A DNA stretch of 44,921 nucleotides from an uncultured Gammaproteobacteria bacterium. GTDB lineage: Bacteria > Patescibacteriota > Microgenomatia > UBA12405 > CAZGPK01. The DNA is taken from the NCBI GenBank assembly GCA_964527115.1, contig CAZGPK010000004.1, positions 1 to 44,921 on the forward strand, written 5' to 3'. A program made the translations under genes and the position numbers. Shown here piece after piece: positions 10,024 to 19,723 of the stretch. Each line of letters starts with the position of its first letter. Position 1 is the first letter of the stretch. The notes beneath the pieces were generated by a model. It saw only the letters and a program-made list of their open reading frames with translations. It made no database searches and had not been told where the DNA came from.

Positions 10024-10055
10024 AAAAACCCCCGATCAAGTCGTCGGGGGTTTTT
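10024..10055. terminator. Bidirectional intrinsic terminator
   Basis: AAAAACCCCCGA-tcaagtcg-TCGGGGGTTTTT between the convergent TPR gene and rplY. Confidence 0.88.
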
Positions 10056-10074
10056 CTTTTTCTTTTTAACCTTT

Positions 10075-11004
10075 TTACTCTTGGCTCTTCTCTCCCTCGG
10101 CTGGGGCCTCTTCTGCTTTATCTTCTCCTTTTTCCGCTCCCTCGGCTGGGGCTTCTCCCTCTTTGGCCTCTTCTTCTCTTACTTCTTCCTCTTCCTTTAC
10201 TCTTGGCTCCTCGATTTTAACCAGCACCACATTCTCGTCACTTTTTATTACTGCTTTTTCTCCACTAATCTTAAGATCAGCCGCCGTTACCGTTTGGCCG
10301 GCCTCTACTAGGCCTTCTAAATAGACTACAAATTTTTCTGGCAAATCTTCAGGCAATGCCTCTACTTCTACCTCGTCAGCAACTGTGATTAACACTTTTC
10401 CGGCTATTACTGCTGGAGACTCACCGCTATATTCTACCGGTACTGCCGCCGTAATCTTATTTGAAAGATCAACCTTGTAAAAATCTACATGCAGAAGTCC
10501 ATCTTGAACCGGGTCATATTGGGGATTTCTGAAAAGAACCGGTAAAACACTTTTTTCTCCTGTTACTTCCAGATTTACCAGCTGTACCTCTCCCACTTCG
10601 TCCAAAAGCTTCTCTGCCTCTTTCGCTTTAAGCTGTATTGATAAACTCTTAAAGCCCTTACCGTAAACAGAAGCTGGCAACAGACCTTCTCGACGCATTT
10701 TTTTCATCTTTTTGCGTCCCGTCTCTTTTCTCTTTTCAGCTTTTAGGGTTGGTCTTTTACTTGTTCCCTTAAGTACTGTCGCTGTTTTTACCTTTAAGAC
10801 TATCTTTTCTTTCTTTTCTGTTGTCTCTTTAACTGTCTCTTTAGCTTCCTCTTTTGTTTCCTCTTTCGTTTCTTTTTTCTCTTCTATTTTAACTTCTTTA
10901 ATCTCTTCTTTAGCCTCGGCCGCTATTTCCTCTCCTTTTTTCTCCTCGGGGATGCTTTTTACTTCATCTTTAACTTTCTCTACCTGCTTTTTGTCGTCTG
11001 ACAT
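10075..11004 (-). CDS. rplY: 50S ribosomal protein L25/Ctc with long Lys/Glu-rich N-terminal and acidic C-terminal tails
   Basis: MRREGLLPASVYGKG, QYDPVQDGLLHVDFY, EVEALPEDLP. ATG 11004 is preceded by a GAAGGAGA RBS. Confidence 0.93.
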   Translation of the reverse strand: MSDDKKQVEKVKDEVKSIPEEKKGEEIAAEAKEEIKEVKIEEKKETKEETKEEAKETVKETTEKKEKIVLKVKTATVLKGTSKRPTLKAEKRKETGRKKMKKMRREGLLPASVYGKGFKSLSIQLKAKEAEKLLDEVGEVQLVNLEVTGEKSVLPVLFRNPQYDPVQDGLLHVDFYKVDLSNKITAAVPVEYSGESPAVIAGKVLITVADEVEVEALPEDLPEKFVVYLEGLVEAGQTVTAADLKISGEKAVIKSDENVVLVKIEEPRVKEEEEVREEEAKEGEAPAEGAEKGEDKAEEAPAEGEKSQE

Positions 11005-11130
11005 TTTTTCTCCTTCACTTTGATTATTCAAAGCCGGGTCGTTACACCCGCAAAGATTAACTACGGCCCAAATCTTATCACAGAATTACCTCAAACACAA
11101 AAACTCTTCCCTCAAGTGTTAAAATAGGAA

Positions 11131-12129
11131 ATGTTAAAGAAAAGGATTCTTACTGGTGATCGTCCCACCGGTCCGCTTCACTTGGGTCACTATGTTGGTA
11201 CCCTTAAAAACCGAGTCGCTCTCCAAAAAACATACGATTGCTTTTTTATTATTGCCGATCTTCACACCCTTACTACCGCTCCCACCAAAGAAAAGATTTC
11301 TCAAGTGAACAAAAATGTTCATGACCTAGTTTTAGACTATCTCTCCGTTGGCATCGATCCCGATCACTCTCTTATCTACCGCCAAAGTCTTATTCCCGAA
11401 GTCACCTATCTTTCTCTTCTTTTCTCCATGCTCGTTACCGTCCCTCGTTGTCAGCGTGTTCCCACCTTAAAAGAAGTCATGCATGATCTCCATATCCAAA
11501 AACCAACTCTTGGTCTTTTGACCTACCCTGTTCTTCAGGCCGCCGACATTCTCATGGTCAAAGGAGATCTGGTTCCGGTTGGCAAAGACCAGGAAAGCCA
11601 CATTGAGGTTACCCGGGAAATCGCCCGTGATTTTAACCGCCTTTATGCCCAAATTTTCCCTGTCCCTCGGGCTTTAATTGGTGACATTGGCACTCTTCCC
11701 GGTACCGATGGCCAGGCAAAGATGAGCAAATCTATAGGCAACTGTATTTATCTTTCTGACGATAAAGCTACTGTTATCAAAAAAGTTATGGGTATGTACA
11801 CCGACCCCAAGCGTATTCGGGCCACCGATCCCGGTCAAGTAGAAGGTAATCCTGTCTTTGTCTACCACGACGCCTTTAATCCTCACCGGGAAGAAGTTGC
11901 CGATCTCAAATCCCGTTACCTGGCGGGCAAAGTCGGCGACATTGAAGTTAAAGAAAAACTCGCCCAAGCTATAAATAACTTTCTTGATCCTCTTCGTGCC
12001 CGCCGTGCCAAATATGAGAAAAACCCAAACCTAGTCGACCAAATCATCAAAAAAGGCAGCAAAAAGGTTCGTCTTGAAGCTCAAAAAACTCTCTCCCAAG
12101 CTCTCTCTGCCATGGGTTTGCAAAAATAG
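11131..12129 (+). CDS. trpS: Tryptophan--tRNA ligase
   Basis: [36 protein letters not shown]. Confidence 0.97.
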   Translation: MLKKRILTGDRPTGPLHLGHYVGTLKNRVALQKTYDCFFIIADLHTLTTAPTKEKISQVNKNVHDLVLDYLSVGIDPDHSLIYRQSLIPEVTYLSLLFSMLVTVPRCQRVPTLKEVMHDLHIQKPTLGLLTYPVLQAADILMVKGDLVPVGKDQESHIEVTREIARDFNRLYAQIFPVPRALIGDIGTLPGTDGQAKMSKSIGNCIYLSDDKATVIKKVMGMYTDPKRIRATDPGQVEGNPVFVYHDAFNPHREEVADLKSRYLAGKVGDIEVKEKLAQAINNFLDPLRARRAKYEKNPNLVDQIIKKGSKKVRLEAQKTLSQALSAMGLQK

Positions 12130-12167
12130 AGTACTCGCTTTTAAAGTAATTTCTCATTTTTCCCAAA

Positions 12168-12242
12168 TGGTACCCCTGACAGGAATCGAACCTGTATTTC
12201 CGGCTTCGGAGGCCGACGCTCTATCCGTTGAGCTACAGAGGC
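12168..12242 (-). tRNA. tRNA-Arg(CCG), CCA encoded
   Basis: GCCTCTGTAGCTCAACGGATAGAGCGTCGGCCTCCGAAGCCGGAAATACAGGTTCGATTCCTGTCAGGGGTACCA folds as a cloverleaf with anticodon CCG. Confidence 0.95.
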
Positions 12243-12280
12243 AAACTCTTCAAGGCTATTTTACCACCGCCCTCCCCAAA

Positions 12281-12682
12281 CTATTCAAAATTCCACTCTT
12301 CCACTCCCTCTTCTGGAGCCTCAATTAAACTTTCCGACCATCTCAAGCACTCCTCATTGTGTGCTTCCTTAATTTTCTCAATTCCGCCATACATTAAATC
12401 CAATAATTTCTCTGCCTGTCTGCTTAAAAACCTGCTCTTTTTCTCCCATTTTTCCTCTTTTTCCATCCAGCATTTCTCCAAAAGGAGATAAGTATCCCTG
12501 CCTTCAAGACAGGCCCCTTTCTCACTAAGCCGCTGTGAAATCATTGCTTCTCTTGCTCTTTGTTCCCATTTTTTCTGTATTTGGTAACAGTTTCCCATAT
12601 CCACTGTAACCGTCATGATCCAAACCAAACTTCCCAAAAAAACAATGCTTAAGAAAAATAATACCTTACCCATTTCTCCCAT
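12281..12682 (-). CDS. Hypothetical single-TM exported protein
   Basis: N-terminal hydrophobic helix, several Cys, host-like codon style. Confidence 0.65.
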   Translation of the reverse strand: MGEMGKVLFFLSIVFLGSLVWIMTVTVDMGNCYQIQKKWEQRAREAMISQRLSEKGACLEGRDTYLLLEKCWMEKEEKWEKKSRFLSRQAEKLLDLMYGGIEKIKEAHNEECLRWSESLIEAPEEGVEEWNFE

Positions 12683-12694
12683 TTTGGCACAAAA

Positions 12695-13387
12695 CTAAGC
12701 AAACAAATAGCCCTTTCTTTTTTTTTCCGGAAATTTCTCAATCGCATACCTTAAGGCCGTCCTTGGTATTTTTCCTTTATGTTTTTTCAAAAACCGCTCT
12801 TCTGTTTCCCCGTTCCGCTTGCCAATCTCCCGCAACATCCACCCCACTGCCTTATGTATCAAATCATGTTTATCTTCCAAAAGCTTTTCTGCAATTCCCA
12901 AAGCATCCTCAAAATCATTGTTTCGGATAAAGGTCAGACAGCTAAGCATTGCCACCCGCCTTTCCCAAAGACTAGGGGACTGGGCCAACTGGTAAAGCTT
13001 TCTCCTTTCTTTTTTCCTCTCTTTTAAAAACCCTCCCATGATCCAAGGAGCACTCAGATCCACCAAATCCCAATTATTTATATGCTTCCTAATATTTTTA
13101 AGGTAAATTTCATATATTTCCCTCTTTTCCGTCTCTTTTCCCTTTGAAAATTTATCTATTAATAGCAGCAGTGCCGTCATTCGCACTTCGTGAACTGGAT
13201 CTTGTAGAAATTCCTCAATTTCCGGCAAATCTAAACCACTATAATTTTTTGCTACTTTCCGTAAAACCGGCACTCTTATCCCCCAGAAAATATCACCTTC
13301 TCCATATTCGCCCTTCCCTGTTTTAAAAAAACGTCGATAAATTTCAGCCTGTTTTTTACAGCCCAGCTCTTTTAATTCCTTCCTCAT
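12695..13387 (-). CDS. DNA alkylation repair protein (AlkD-like glycosylase)
   Basis: RFFKTGKGEYGEGDIFWGIRVP, INNWDLVDLSAP, LWERR, DLIHKAVGWMLREIGK, RTALRYAIEKF. Start placed at ATG 13387. Confidence 0.9.
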   Translation of the reverse strand: MRKELKELGCKKQAEIYRRFFKTGKGEYGEGDIFWGIRVPVLRKVAKNYSGLDLPEIEEFLQDPVHEVRMTALLLLIDKFSKGKETEKREIYEIYLKNIRKHINNWDLVDLSAPWIMGGFLKERKKERRKLYQLAQSPSLWERRVAMLSCLTFIRNNDFEDALGIAEKLLEDKHDLIHKAVGWMLREIGKRNGETEERFLKKHKGKIPRTALRYAIEKFPEKKRKGYLFA

Positions 13388-13411
13388 CTCCCCATATTTT
13401 ACCAATTCTCC

Positions 13412-13909
13412 CTACCGTTCTGTCCAGGCCTCTTCTACTTTTCCCTGAGCCTTCTTCAGAGAAAAATTAAAAGAAGCCGCTGTTTCCTCGTGAAGACTAT
13501 TCATCGCCCTTTCAAACACCGCCCTCTTTTTGTGGAACTCTTCCGGACTCCTCTTTTTTTCTCTTTTTAAAACCTGCAAAAGCCATATTGTTCTTTTTAA
13601 GTCATTTTCTTTTAACACACTTTCCGCCTCTATTTTTCCCATCTCCCTCTCTTCTCCTTTTTCTTTAGCCAATTTTCCCAAAAGCTCCTTAATCCTTTCC
13701 TTTGAGCTTGGTCGCCTCATCCCTGCCATTCTTACATTTTTTTCCGGAATACTTCCCGTTATCTCCCTATCCGTAGTTTTAAAAAAAGGCCTGAAAAATA
13801 AAATTCTTCTCCCCTCTCTTCTCTCTACCTCAAAAATCCTCCATACCCGCCCAAACTCGATCATTTTATCCCCTTTCTCAAATCGTTCTTTATCTTTTTC
13901 ACGAGCCAT
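13412..13909 (-). CDS. CarD-like protein (divergent)
   Basis: FEKGDKM...GRVWRIFEVE...SIPEKNVRMAGMRRPSSKERIKELL and a helical C-terminus resemble the CarD/TRCF RID architecture. Confidence 0.6.
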   Translation of the reverse strand: MAREKDKERFEKGDKMIEFGRVWRIFEVERREGRRILFFRPFFKTTDREITGSIPEKNVRMAGMRRPSSKERIKELLGKLAKEKGEEREMGKIEAESVLKENDLKRTIWLLQVLKREKKRSPEEFHKKRAVFERAMNSLHEETAASFNFSLKKAQGKVEEAWTER

Positions 13910-14116
13910 AAATCAAATGCTGTTCTGGTATAAGCTAAAAACCCAAAACTTTTTCTCCTCTTGAACTCATTATACCATGTTTTTGCCTCAAGCATGGCCC
14001 CCAAAAACCAGGCAAAAATCCTATATTTACCATTTCTACTTTCTCAGACAACACTGCTAAAAATCAAAAACCTTACTTATTCAACCGATATGCAGCAGGG
14101 CCTACTTTCTTAATTA

Positions 14117-14533
14117 TTATTCTGGTCGGGAGCCTTTCATAAAACCAGTCCCAATTTGGATATTTAAAGCGGTAATACTTCCATCAGAATTAGGCTGACC
14201 ACTTACTACCACCTCAGATCCTTCTCTGAGATCATCGGCCGTGCCCGTCTCAGATCTGTTTATCATCGTTCCCTCCGTCACGATGATGATCTTACTGCTA
14301 TCATCTTCCAGTTGCACCGTAATACTTGACTCGTCTGCCCCAATAATTTTGCCTCTTACGGCATTTAACCCTCTTGTACTACTATTCCTTTGTCCAATTT
14401 GACCCCTCATTTGTTCAATATTTTCAGGAAAAATCGGAGCCTTGTCTTTTTGGTATTTTATACCAGCATAAAAACCGCCACCTCCTGATACCAATACTGT
14501 GATAACTACGGCAATTATTAAATTATTTTTCAT
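14117..14533 (-). CDS. Membrane-anchored DUF5666-like OB-fold protein, last gene of the exporter operon
   Basis: TM then GGFYAG, GKIIGADESSITVQLEDDSSKII, DLREGSEVVVSGQPNSDGSITALNIQI. AGGAGGTG RBS. Confidence 0.75.
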   Translation of the reverse strand: MKNNLIIAVVITVLVSGGGGFYAGIKYQKDKAPIFPENIEQMRGQIGQRNSSTRGLNAVRGKIIGADESSITVQLEDDSSKIIIVTEGTMINRSETGTADDLREGSEVVVSGQPNSDGSITALNIQIGTGFMKGSRPE

Positions 14534-14563
14534 TCACCATCACCTCCTTTTATCTTCAATTTA

Positions 14564-15784
14564 TTATTCATATCTTAATGCTTCAATTGGTTGTAACTTA
14601 GCCGCCTTTTGTGCAGGGTACCATCCAAATAAAATTCCTATCCCTGCCGATACCACAAACGCCAGAAGAATTGAGCCCGGGGAAAGAACAAATGGCAAAC
14701 TCATCGTTTTTGACAAGACATAGGATATTCCCACTCCAATTGTTGTCCCGATTATTCCACCTATAAAGGTAATCATCACTGCCTCTGTCAAAAATTGTGC
14801 TGTGATTATTTTTGCTTTGGCCCCCAGTGCCTTTCTTAACCCAATCTCCCGGGTACGCTCAGTTACGGTAACCAGCATGATATTCATAATTCCTATTCCC
14901 CCCACTATCAAAGAAATTGCTGCTACTCCGGTAAGAAGAGTTGTAAATGTTTTTGTTACCGAAGTAACTGTAGACAAAATATCTTCCTGCGACATTATTC
15001 TAAAGTCAGCCAACTCAGGATTATTTATTTTATGTCTTTTAAGTAGTAAGTCTGTCACCTCTTGCTCTGCTTGCACCATTACATCTTCACCGCTTGCACT
15101 TATTGATATTGAGCTGACATAACTAACTCCAAACAACAATTTTTGGGCGCTTGTCAAAGGAAGAATAATCACATCATCTTGATTATTAAACCCACTTCCA
15201 CCTTTTGCCTCCGTGACTCCGATTACACTAAATACTTGTCCGTTAATCCTGATTGTCTGCCCAACCGAATTAACTCCTTCACCAAATAGGTCAATGGCTG
15301 TTTGCGCTCCCAACACTGCCACCTTGCCCAGGCTATTGATATGTCTATCAGTGATAAAGGTACCGGTTGAAACTCTTATATTCTTTATTTCCGCGTATTC
15401 CGGAAGGACTCCGATCACACTTGTATTACTGTTATTTTTACCGGCTACAACTTGAGCTCTAGTTGAATACTCTGCTGAAACCTTATCTATGCTCTTAATT
15501 TGAGCTGAGCTAAGAATTGCCTTGGCGTCGTCATATGTTAAAGTCTGAACATTGCTCCCTCCCCTTATCCCCCCTGACGTCTGAGAGCCAGGCGACACCG
15601 TGAGAAGATTTGCCCCCAAAGACTGTATTTGATCTGTAATTGATTTTTGTGATCCTTGCCCTAAAGACATTAATGCAATTACACTTCCAATACCAATAAT
15701 AACTCCCAGCATTGCCAGGGCAGTTCTTACCTTGTTAAGAGTTAAAGTTGACAAGCTTTCCGTGACGAGCTCTGATAGTTCCAT
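14564..15784 (-). CDS. MacB/FtsX-family ABC transporter permease
   Basis: NKVRTALAMLGVIIGIGSVI, ISLIVGGIGIMNIMLVTVTERTREIGLRKALGA, PAQKAAKLQPIEALRYE. Confidence 0.95.
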   Translation of the reverse strand: MELSELVTESLSTLTLNKVRTALAMLGVIIGIGSVIALMSLGQGSQKSITDQIQSLGANLLTVSPGSQTSGGIRGGSNVQTLTYDDAKAILSSAQIKSIDKVSAEYSTRAQVVAGKNNSNTSVIGVLPEYAEIKNIRVSTGTFITDRHINSLGKVAVLGAQTAIDLFGEGVNSVGQTIRINGQVFSVIGVTEAKGGSGFNNQDDVIILPLTSAQKLLFGVSYVSSISISASGEDVMVQAEQEVTDLLLKRHKINNPELADFRIMSQEDILSTVTSVTKTFTTLLTGVAAISLIVGGIGIMNIMLVTVTERTREIGLRKALGAKAKIITAQFLTEAVMITFIGGIIGTTIGVGISYVLSKTMSLPFVLSPGSILLAFVVSAGIGILFGWYPAQKAAKLQPIEALRYE

Positions 15785-15789
15785 TTTTT

Positions 15790-16536
15790 TTATCTTCCCC
15801 TCTTTTTAACCCTCTTTTTAAGTATTTTTTGCTTTCCGTTCTGATTATCTTTTTCAATTTTGCCGTCTCTGATATAAATTATTCTTTTGGCATATTCGGC
15901 AACCTCAGGCTCATGGGTGATCATAATGATAGTATTTCCTTGTTCATTTATGTCCTGGAACACCTCCATTATTTCATCTGCCTGCTTTGTTGCAATATTT
16001 CCGGTTGGTTCATCAGCCAAAATAATGCTCGGATTCATCGAAAGTGCCCTGGCAATAGCTACCCGTTGCTGTTCACCACCGGAAAGCTGAGCCGGCGTGT
16101 GACCCTTTCGATCAGCAAGGCCTACCATTTCCAAATATTTATTTGCTCTTTCCTTGCGTTTATCTTTTTCAACCCCACCATACATCATTGGAATCATCAC
16201 ATTTTTTAAGGCACTGGTTCTTGGCAAAAGATTAAAAAATTGGAATACAAAGCCAATTTTCTGATTTCTGATCTCTGCCAGCTTATCTTCATCAAGCTTT
16301 TCAACACTATTTCCATCAAGAACATAGTTACCTGATGTTGGCTTGTCCAAGGCACCAATTATGTGCATCAATGTTGATTTTCCTGATCCTGACGGGCCCA
16401 TTATTGCCACAAAATCACCCTTCTGGACATCAAATGATACGCCATCAAGAGCCTTTACTTTAACCTCTCCAGCCTTATATATTTTGGAGATATTCTCTAC
16501 CCTTATCAGCGCCTCTCTCTTTTTTGTATTTTTCAT
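15790..16536 (-). CDS. MacB/LolD-family ABC transporter ATP-binding protein
   Basis: GPSGSGKST, LSGGEQQRVAIARAL, ILADEPTGN, ITHE. Confidence 0.96.
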   Translation of the reverse strand: MKNTKKREALIRVENISKIYKAGEVKVKALDGVSFDVQKGDFVAIMGPSGSGKSTLMHIIGALDKPTSGNYVLDGNSVEKLDEDKLAEIRNQKIGFVFQFFNLLPRTSALKNVMIPMMYGGVEKDKRKERANKYLEMVGLADRKGHTPAQLSGGEQQRVAIARALSMNPSIILADEPTGNIATKQADEIMEVFQDINEQGNTIIMITHEPEVAEYAKRIIYIRDGKIEKDNQNGKQKILKKRVKKRGR

Positions 16537-16549
16537 GGGTTTCCCAAGC

Positions 16550-17773
16550 CTATCGCATTATTCCCCCGCCAGAACCGGGTGCCCGAATTGGTATTAGACC
16601 TGAGCTTGCATTTGAGCTTTCTTTTACCGCCGTTGCTACCCTGCCAGTTACCACTATCTCTCCCTCTGAGAGCCCCGACACAATCTCTGATTCTGTATCG
16701 CTTGATATGCCAACTTCCACAGCCTGCTTAAACTCTTGACCGTTTCGCAGCACTTGCACTGTTGCCGCCTCATCCTGATAGTTAATAGCAGTTGAAGGAA
16801 CCACTAAGATATCGCTTTTTGTCTCAACTATTATCTTAGCCATTGCTGTCATGTTGGGAAGAATCTGCTCAGCTTTGGTGTCAAATTGGATGATTGCCGG
16901 GTAAGTAGCCACGTTACTGCTAATCGTACCGACCCTGTCAACACTGACTACTTTTCCCGTAAACGTTTTGTCAGCAATTGAATCAAGCGTAATTATTGCC
17001 TTCTGACCCGGCTCAATCTGTGTCACGTCAATTTCACTCACACTAAAGCTGGCAATAGGAAGTCCTCCTGTCCCAATTGTGGCAATTCTCTGGTTTGCCC
17101 GGGCACCGCTTGCCGTTTCTGCCGCTCCAATGTTCATTCCCTCAGCAATGCTGACACTTTTAATGGTCCCTGAAGCCGGCGAGCTGATCACAGGAGAGTT
17201 AGTCTTTAGCGAGACTGCTGCCGCAGAAAGCCTTACTTTGGCGGTTTCGACCGAATCGTAAGCATTGTCATTTGCGACCTCAGCCCTTGTTCTAGTCTCT
17301 TTCAGCTCAAATGACTCATCGTTGTCGTGCCCTTTAATTTCATCATAAACAACTGCCAAAGAGGCTTGACTTAGTCTGTAGCCGTTATTTGCCGAATTTA
17401 AAGAATTTTGGGCACTGACATAAGATGAGTAGGCTGACAAATAGTTTTGTTCACCTTGAACATCCAAATCAATTTCAGCCAATTTTTGACCAACAACAAC
17501 TTCGTCGCCGTCACTAACGTACACTCGGGCAATCGTCCCGCTTGCCTGAGTTGTAATATTTTCTATGTTTGAAGATATAACGGTACCTGAGGCCGTAATA
17601 GCTGAAATTATGGTTGCGCGCTCAACCGTTGCTGTTTGCTTCTCTGTCTTAGGTTCATCTTTTTTCGTACTTTGCCATCCAAAGACGCCCGTTGCAACAA
17701 GAATTACAGAAACAATAATAATTCGCGTTTTTGTTTTAAAAAGTCTTTTTACCAAGACGCTAATCTTTTTCAT
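16550..17773 (-). CDS. MacA/YknX-like periplasmic adaptor (membrane fusion) subunit
   Basis: N-terminal TM, lipoyl halves (ASGTIARVYVSDGDEVVVGQKL; ISSPASGTI), VSEIDV, ILPNMTA, EIVSGLSEGE. Confidence 0.93.
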   Translation of the reverse strand: MKKISVLVKRLFKTKTRIIIVSVILVATGVFGWQSTKKDEPKTEKQTATVERATIISAITASGTVISSNIENITTQASGTIARVYVSDGDEVVVGQKLAEIDLDVQGEQNYLSAYSSYVSAQNSLNSANNGYRLSQASLAVVYDEIKGHDNDESFELKETRTRAEVANDNAYDSVETAKVRLSAAAVSLKTNSPVISSPASGTIKSVSIAEGMNIGAAETASGARANQRIATIGTGGLPIASFSVSEIDVTQIEPGQKAIITLDSIADKTFTGKVVSVDRVGTISSNVATYPAIIQFDTKAEQILPNMTAMAKIIVETKSDILVVPSTAINYQDEAATVQVLRNGQEFKQAVEVGISSDTESEIVSGLSEGEIVVTGRVATAVKESSNASSGLIPIRAPGSGGGIMR

Positions 17774-17841
17774 AATTTATTTTTTAACATTTCCAGCTTC
17801 AATAACAATACTCTACATATACCATATTCTAATAACCCAAC

Positions 17842-17857
17842 CTGAAGAAAAACTGAA
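17842..17857 (-). promoter_or_regulatory. OmpR-type direct-repeat box upstream of the exporter operon
   Basis: Minus strand TTCAG-tttttc-TTCAG, 10 nt upstream of TAGAAT (17826-17831). Confidence 0.65.
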
Positions 17858-17954
17858 CAAATTCAAGCTTTAAAACCCCAAAACTTTTTTGAAATCCTGC
17901 TTTTTCTTAATTTCACAGTTATCAACCAAGCTCTAAATCTTGTATCATCAAACC

Positions 17955-18332
17955 ATGAAAGAAAAATTAAAAAAACAGATTAAAAGCTTTGCCTGTGCCG
18001 CCAATGGGATTAAGCTCGGTCTTCGCGAACGCCACTTAAAAATCCACTTTTTCTTTACCTTCATTGTTATTCTGGCCTCATTTTTATTGAATATTTCTTT
18101 CCTTGAGTGGATTATTATTCTTCTTTTTATTGCCTTGGTCATTTCCGCCGAGCTTTTTAACACCGCTCTTGAAACTATCTGCAACCTTTTAAAAGACGAA
18201 TTAAAGCTTGATTTTGAAGCCACCCATGCCGCTCGTGACCTTTCTGCTGCTGCCGTTTTTGTTTTAGCTATCGCCGCTGCCCTTATTGGTCTCTTGATTT
18301 TCCTTCCCAAACTAATAAATCTCTTAATTTAG
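17955..18332 (+). CDS. dgkA: Diacylglycerol/undecaprenol kinase family protein
   Basis: SFACAANGI, ERHLKIH, ELFNTALE, ARDLSAAAV, three TM segments. ATG 17955 is 6 nt after TATCAT. Confidence 0.9.
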   Translation: MKEKLKKQIKSFACAANGIKLGLRERHLKIHFFFTFIVILASFLLNISFLEWIIILLFIALVISAELFNTALETICNLLKDELKLDFEATHAARDLSAAAVFVLAIAAALIGLLIFLPKLINLLI

Positions 18333-18392
18333 CCGCTAAATTTCAAAACCTAAGACACAAAATCCGTTTCAATAGAAAAAAGCCCCATCCAT

Positions 18393-18905
18393 TTATCTTT
18401 CAACCAGCACCATTCCCGCCTCGTCCCAGCACTCCGGCACCATCTCCACTGAAAAATCATAAGGCTCAATCTTTTCACAGGGTACTGTCCCGTTTCCGTC
18501 TGCCACAATTATCCACGTCCCTTCGTCTTTGGCCGCCAAAAACCAACCCCCGCTAATTTCTCCCTCAAATATCACCCCCCCGCTTATATGCTCCCCATCT
18601 CTTTTGCTAATCTCTATCTTTGCCTTACTCTCGTCCTTGCTGTATTTTTGGGCAAAAAGCCCAGCCATTATCTCTTTTAGATCTTCTTCTGTCTCCGTTG
18701 GAGAAGGAAGCTCTGCTTCCTCTTCCTCCACTGCCTCACTTGGTAAAGCTACTGCTGTCCCTGTTACCTCTGCCGTCAAATCTTCTTCCACTTCTATCTT
18801 TTCTGCTGGCTTACCTTTCAAAAAATATCCGCCGACAAATGCCCCCACTACTAACAAAACCACTATCAAAATCCAAAAAGCTATTTTATAGAACCCTTTT
18901 TCCAT
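18393..18905 (-). CDS. Hypothetical single-TM exported protein
   Basis: TM, acidic linker, globular GGWFLAAK...WIIVADGNGTVPC...C domain. GGAGG RBS. Confidence 0.75.
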   Translation of the reverse strand: MEKGFYKIAFWILIVVLLVVGAFVGGYFLKGKPAEKIEVEEDLTAEVTGTAVALPSEAVEEEEAELPSPTETEEDLKEIMAGLFAQKYSKDESKAKIEISKRDGEHISGGVIFEGEISGGWFLAAKDEGTWIIVADGNGTVPCEKIEPYDFSVEMVPECWDEAGMVLVER

Positions 18906-19002
18906 TTATGCCTCCATTATACCAGCCATTTCCCACTCTGTTAATTTCAGATTATTACACCTACCATGACTGCTACTTTTATAAAAAATGATGAGTAATT
19001 CT

Positions 19003-19088
19003 TGGCGGAGGGTACAGGATTCGAACCTGTGGACCCTTGCGGGCATCGCTTTCGAGGCGATCGCTATCGACCACTCAGCCAACCCTCC
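19003..19088 (-). tRNA. tRNA-Ser(CGA), CCA encoded
   Basis: GGAGGGTTGGCTGAGTGGTCGATAGCGATCGCCTCGAAAGCGATGCCCGCAAGGGTCCACAGGTTCGAATCCTGTACCCTCCGCCA. Long variable arm, G73, anticodon CGA. Confidence 0.95.
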
Positions 19089-19159
19089 TTATAACTCTAT
19101 TCTACCAATTTATTTCTCTCTTTATCGCCTCTATCACCAAAATCATGTATATTAAAAGT

Positions 19160-19723
19160 ATGAAAAAAACACCTCTCATTCTCATCGGCTTAATTGTTTT
19201 TCTGGGTTTCACCCTCATGTCCTCCTACAACCGCCTTGTTTCCCAAAACAATGCTGTTGATAACCAGTGGGCGCAAGTAGAGACTCAATATCAACGCCGC
19301 TTCGACCTTATTCCCAATCTTGTCAGTTCCACCCAAGCTTTTCTAAAGCAAGAGCAAAAAGTATTCTCCGACATCGCCGAGGCCCGCACTCGCTATTCCG
19401 GTGCCCAGACCGTTGACGATCAAGCCCAGGCCGCCGCCACTGTTGAATCTGCTCTCTCTCGTCTTTTAGTCATCATTGAAAACTATCCCGACCTAAAATC
19501 AGACCAAACCGTGGCCCGTCTGATGGACGAATTGGCCGGTACTGAAAACCGCGTCTCAGTTGAACGCCAGCGCTTTAATGACTATGTTGCCGCCTACAAT
19601 CTCTCCATTAAAAAGCTCCCCACCAGTCTTTATGCGGGGCTCCTAGGCTTTACCGAAAGACAATATTTCAATTCCGTCTCCGAGGCCGACCAGGCTCCTG
19701 CTGTCCAGTTTGATATCGACTAA
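19160..19723 (+). CDS. lemA: LemA family protein
   Basis: YNRLV...WAQVETQYQRRFDLIPNLV, ENYPDLKS, LAGTENRVSVERQRFND. Start at ATG 19160, because the longer ORF overlaps the tRNA. Confidence 0.95.
   Translation: MKKTPLILIGLIVFLGFTLMSSYNRLVSQNNAVDNQWAQVETQYQRRFDLIPNLVSSTQAFLKQEQKVFSDIAEARTRYSGAQTVDDQAQAAATVESALSRLLVIIENYPDLKSDQTVARLMDELAGTENRVSVERQRFNDYVAAYNLSIKKLPTSLYAGLLGFTERQYFNSVSEADQAPAVQFDID

Noticed and set aside
10092-10152. Direct repeat CTCCCTCGGCTGGGGC in rplY
   Set aside because: It encodes a duplicated APAEG in the low-complexity acidic tail, with no sign of an independent element.
19037-19159. N-terminal extension of the LemA ORF
   Set aside because: It overlaps tRNA-Ser on the opposite strand. 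The LemA-like sequence starts at ATG 19160.
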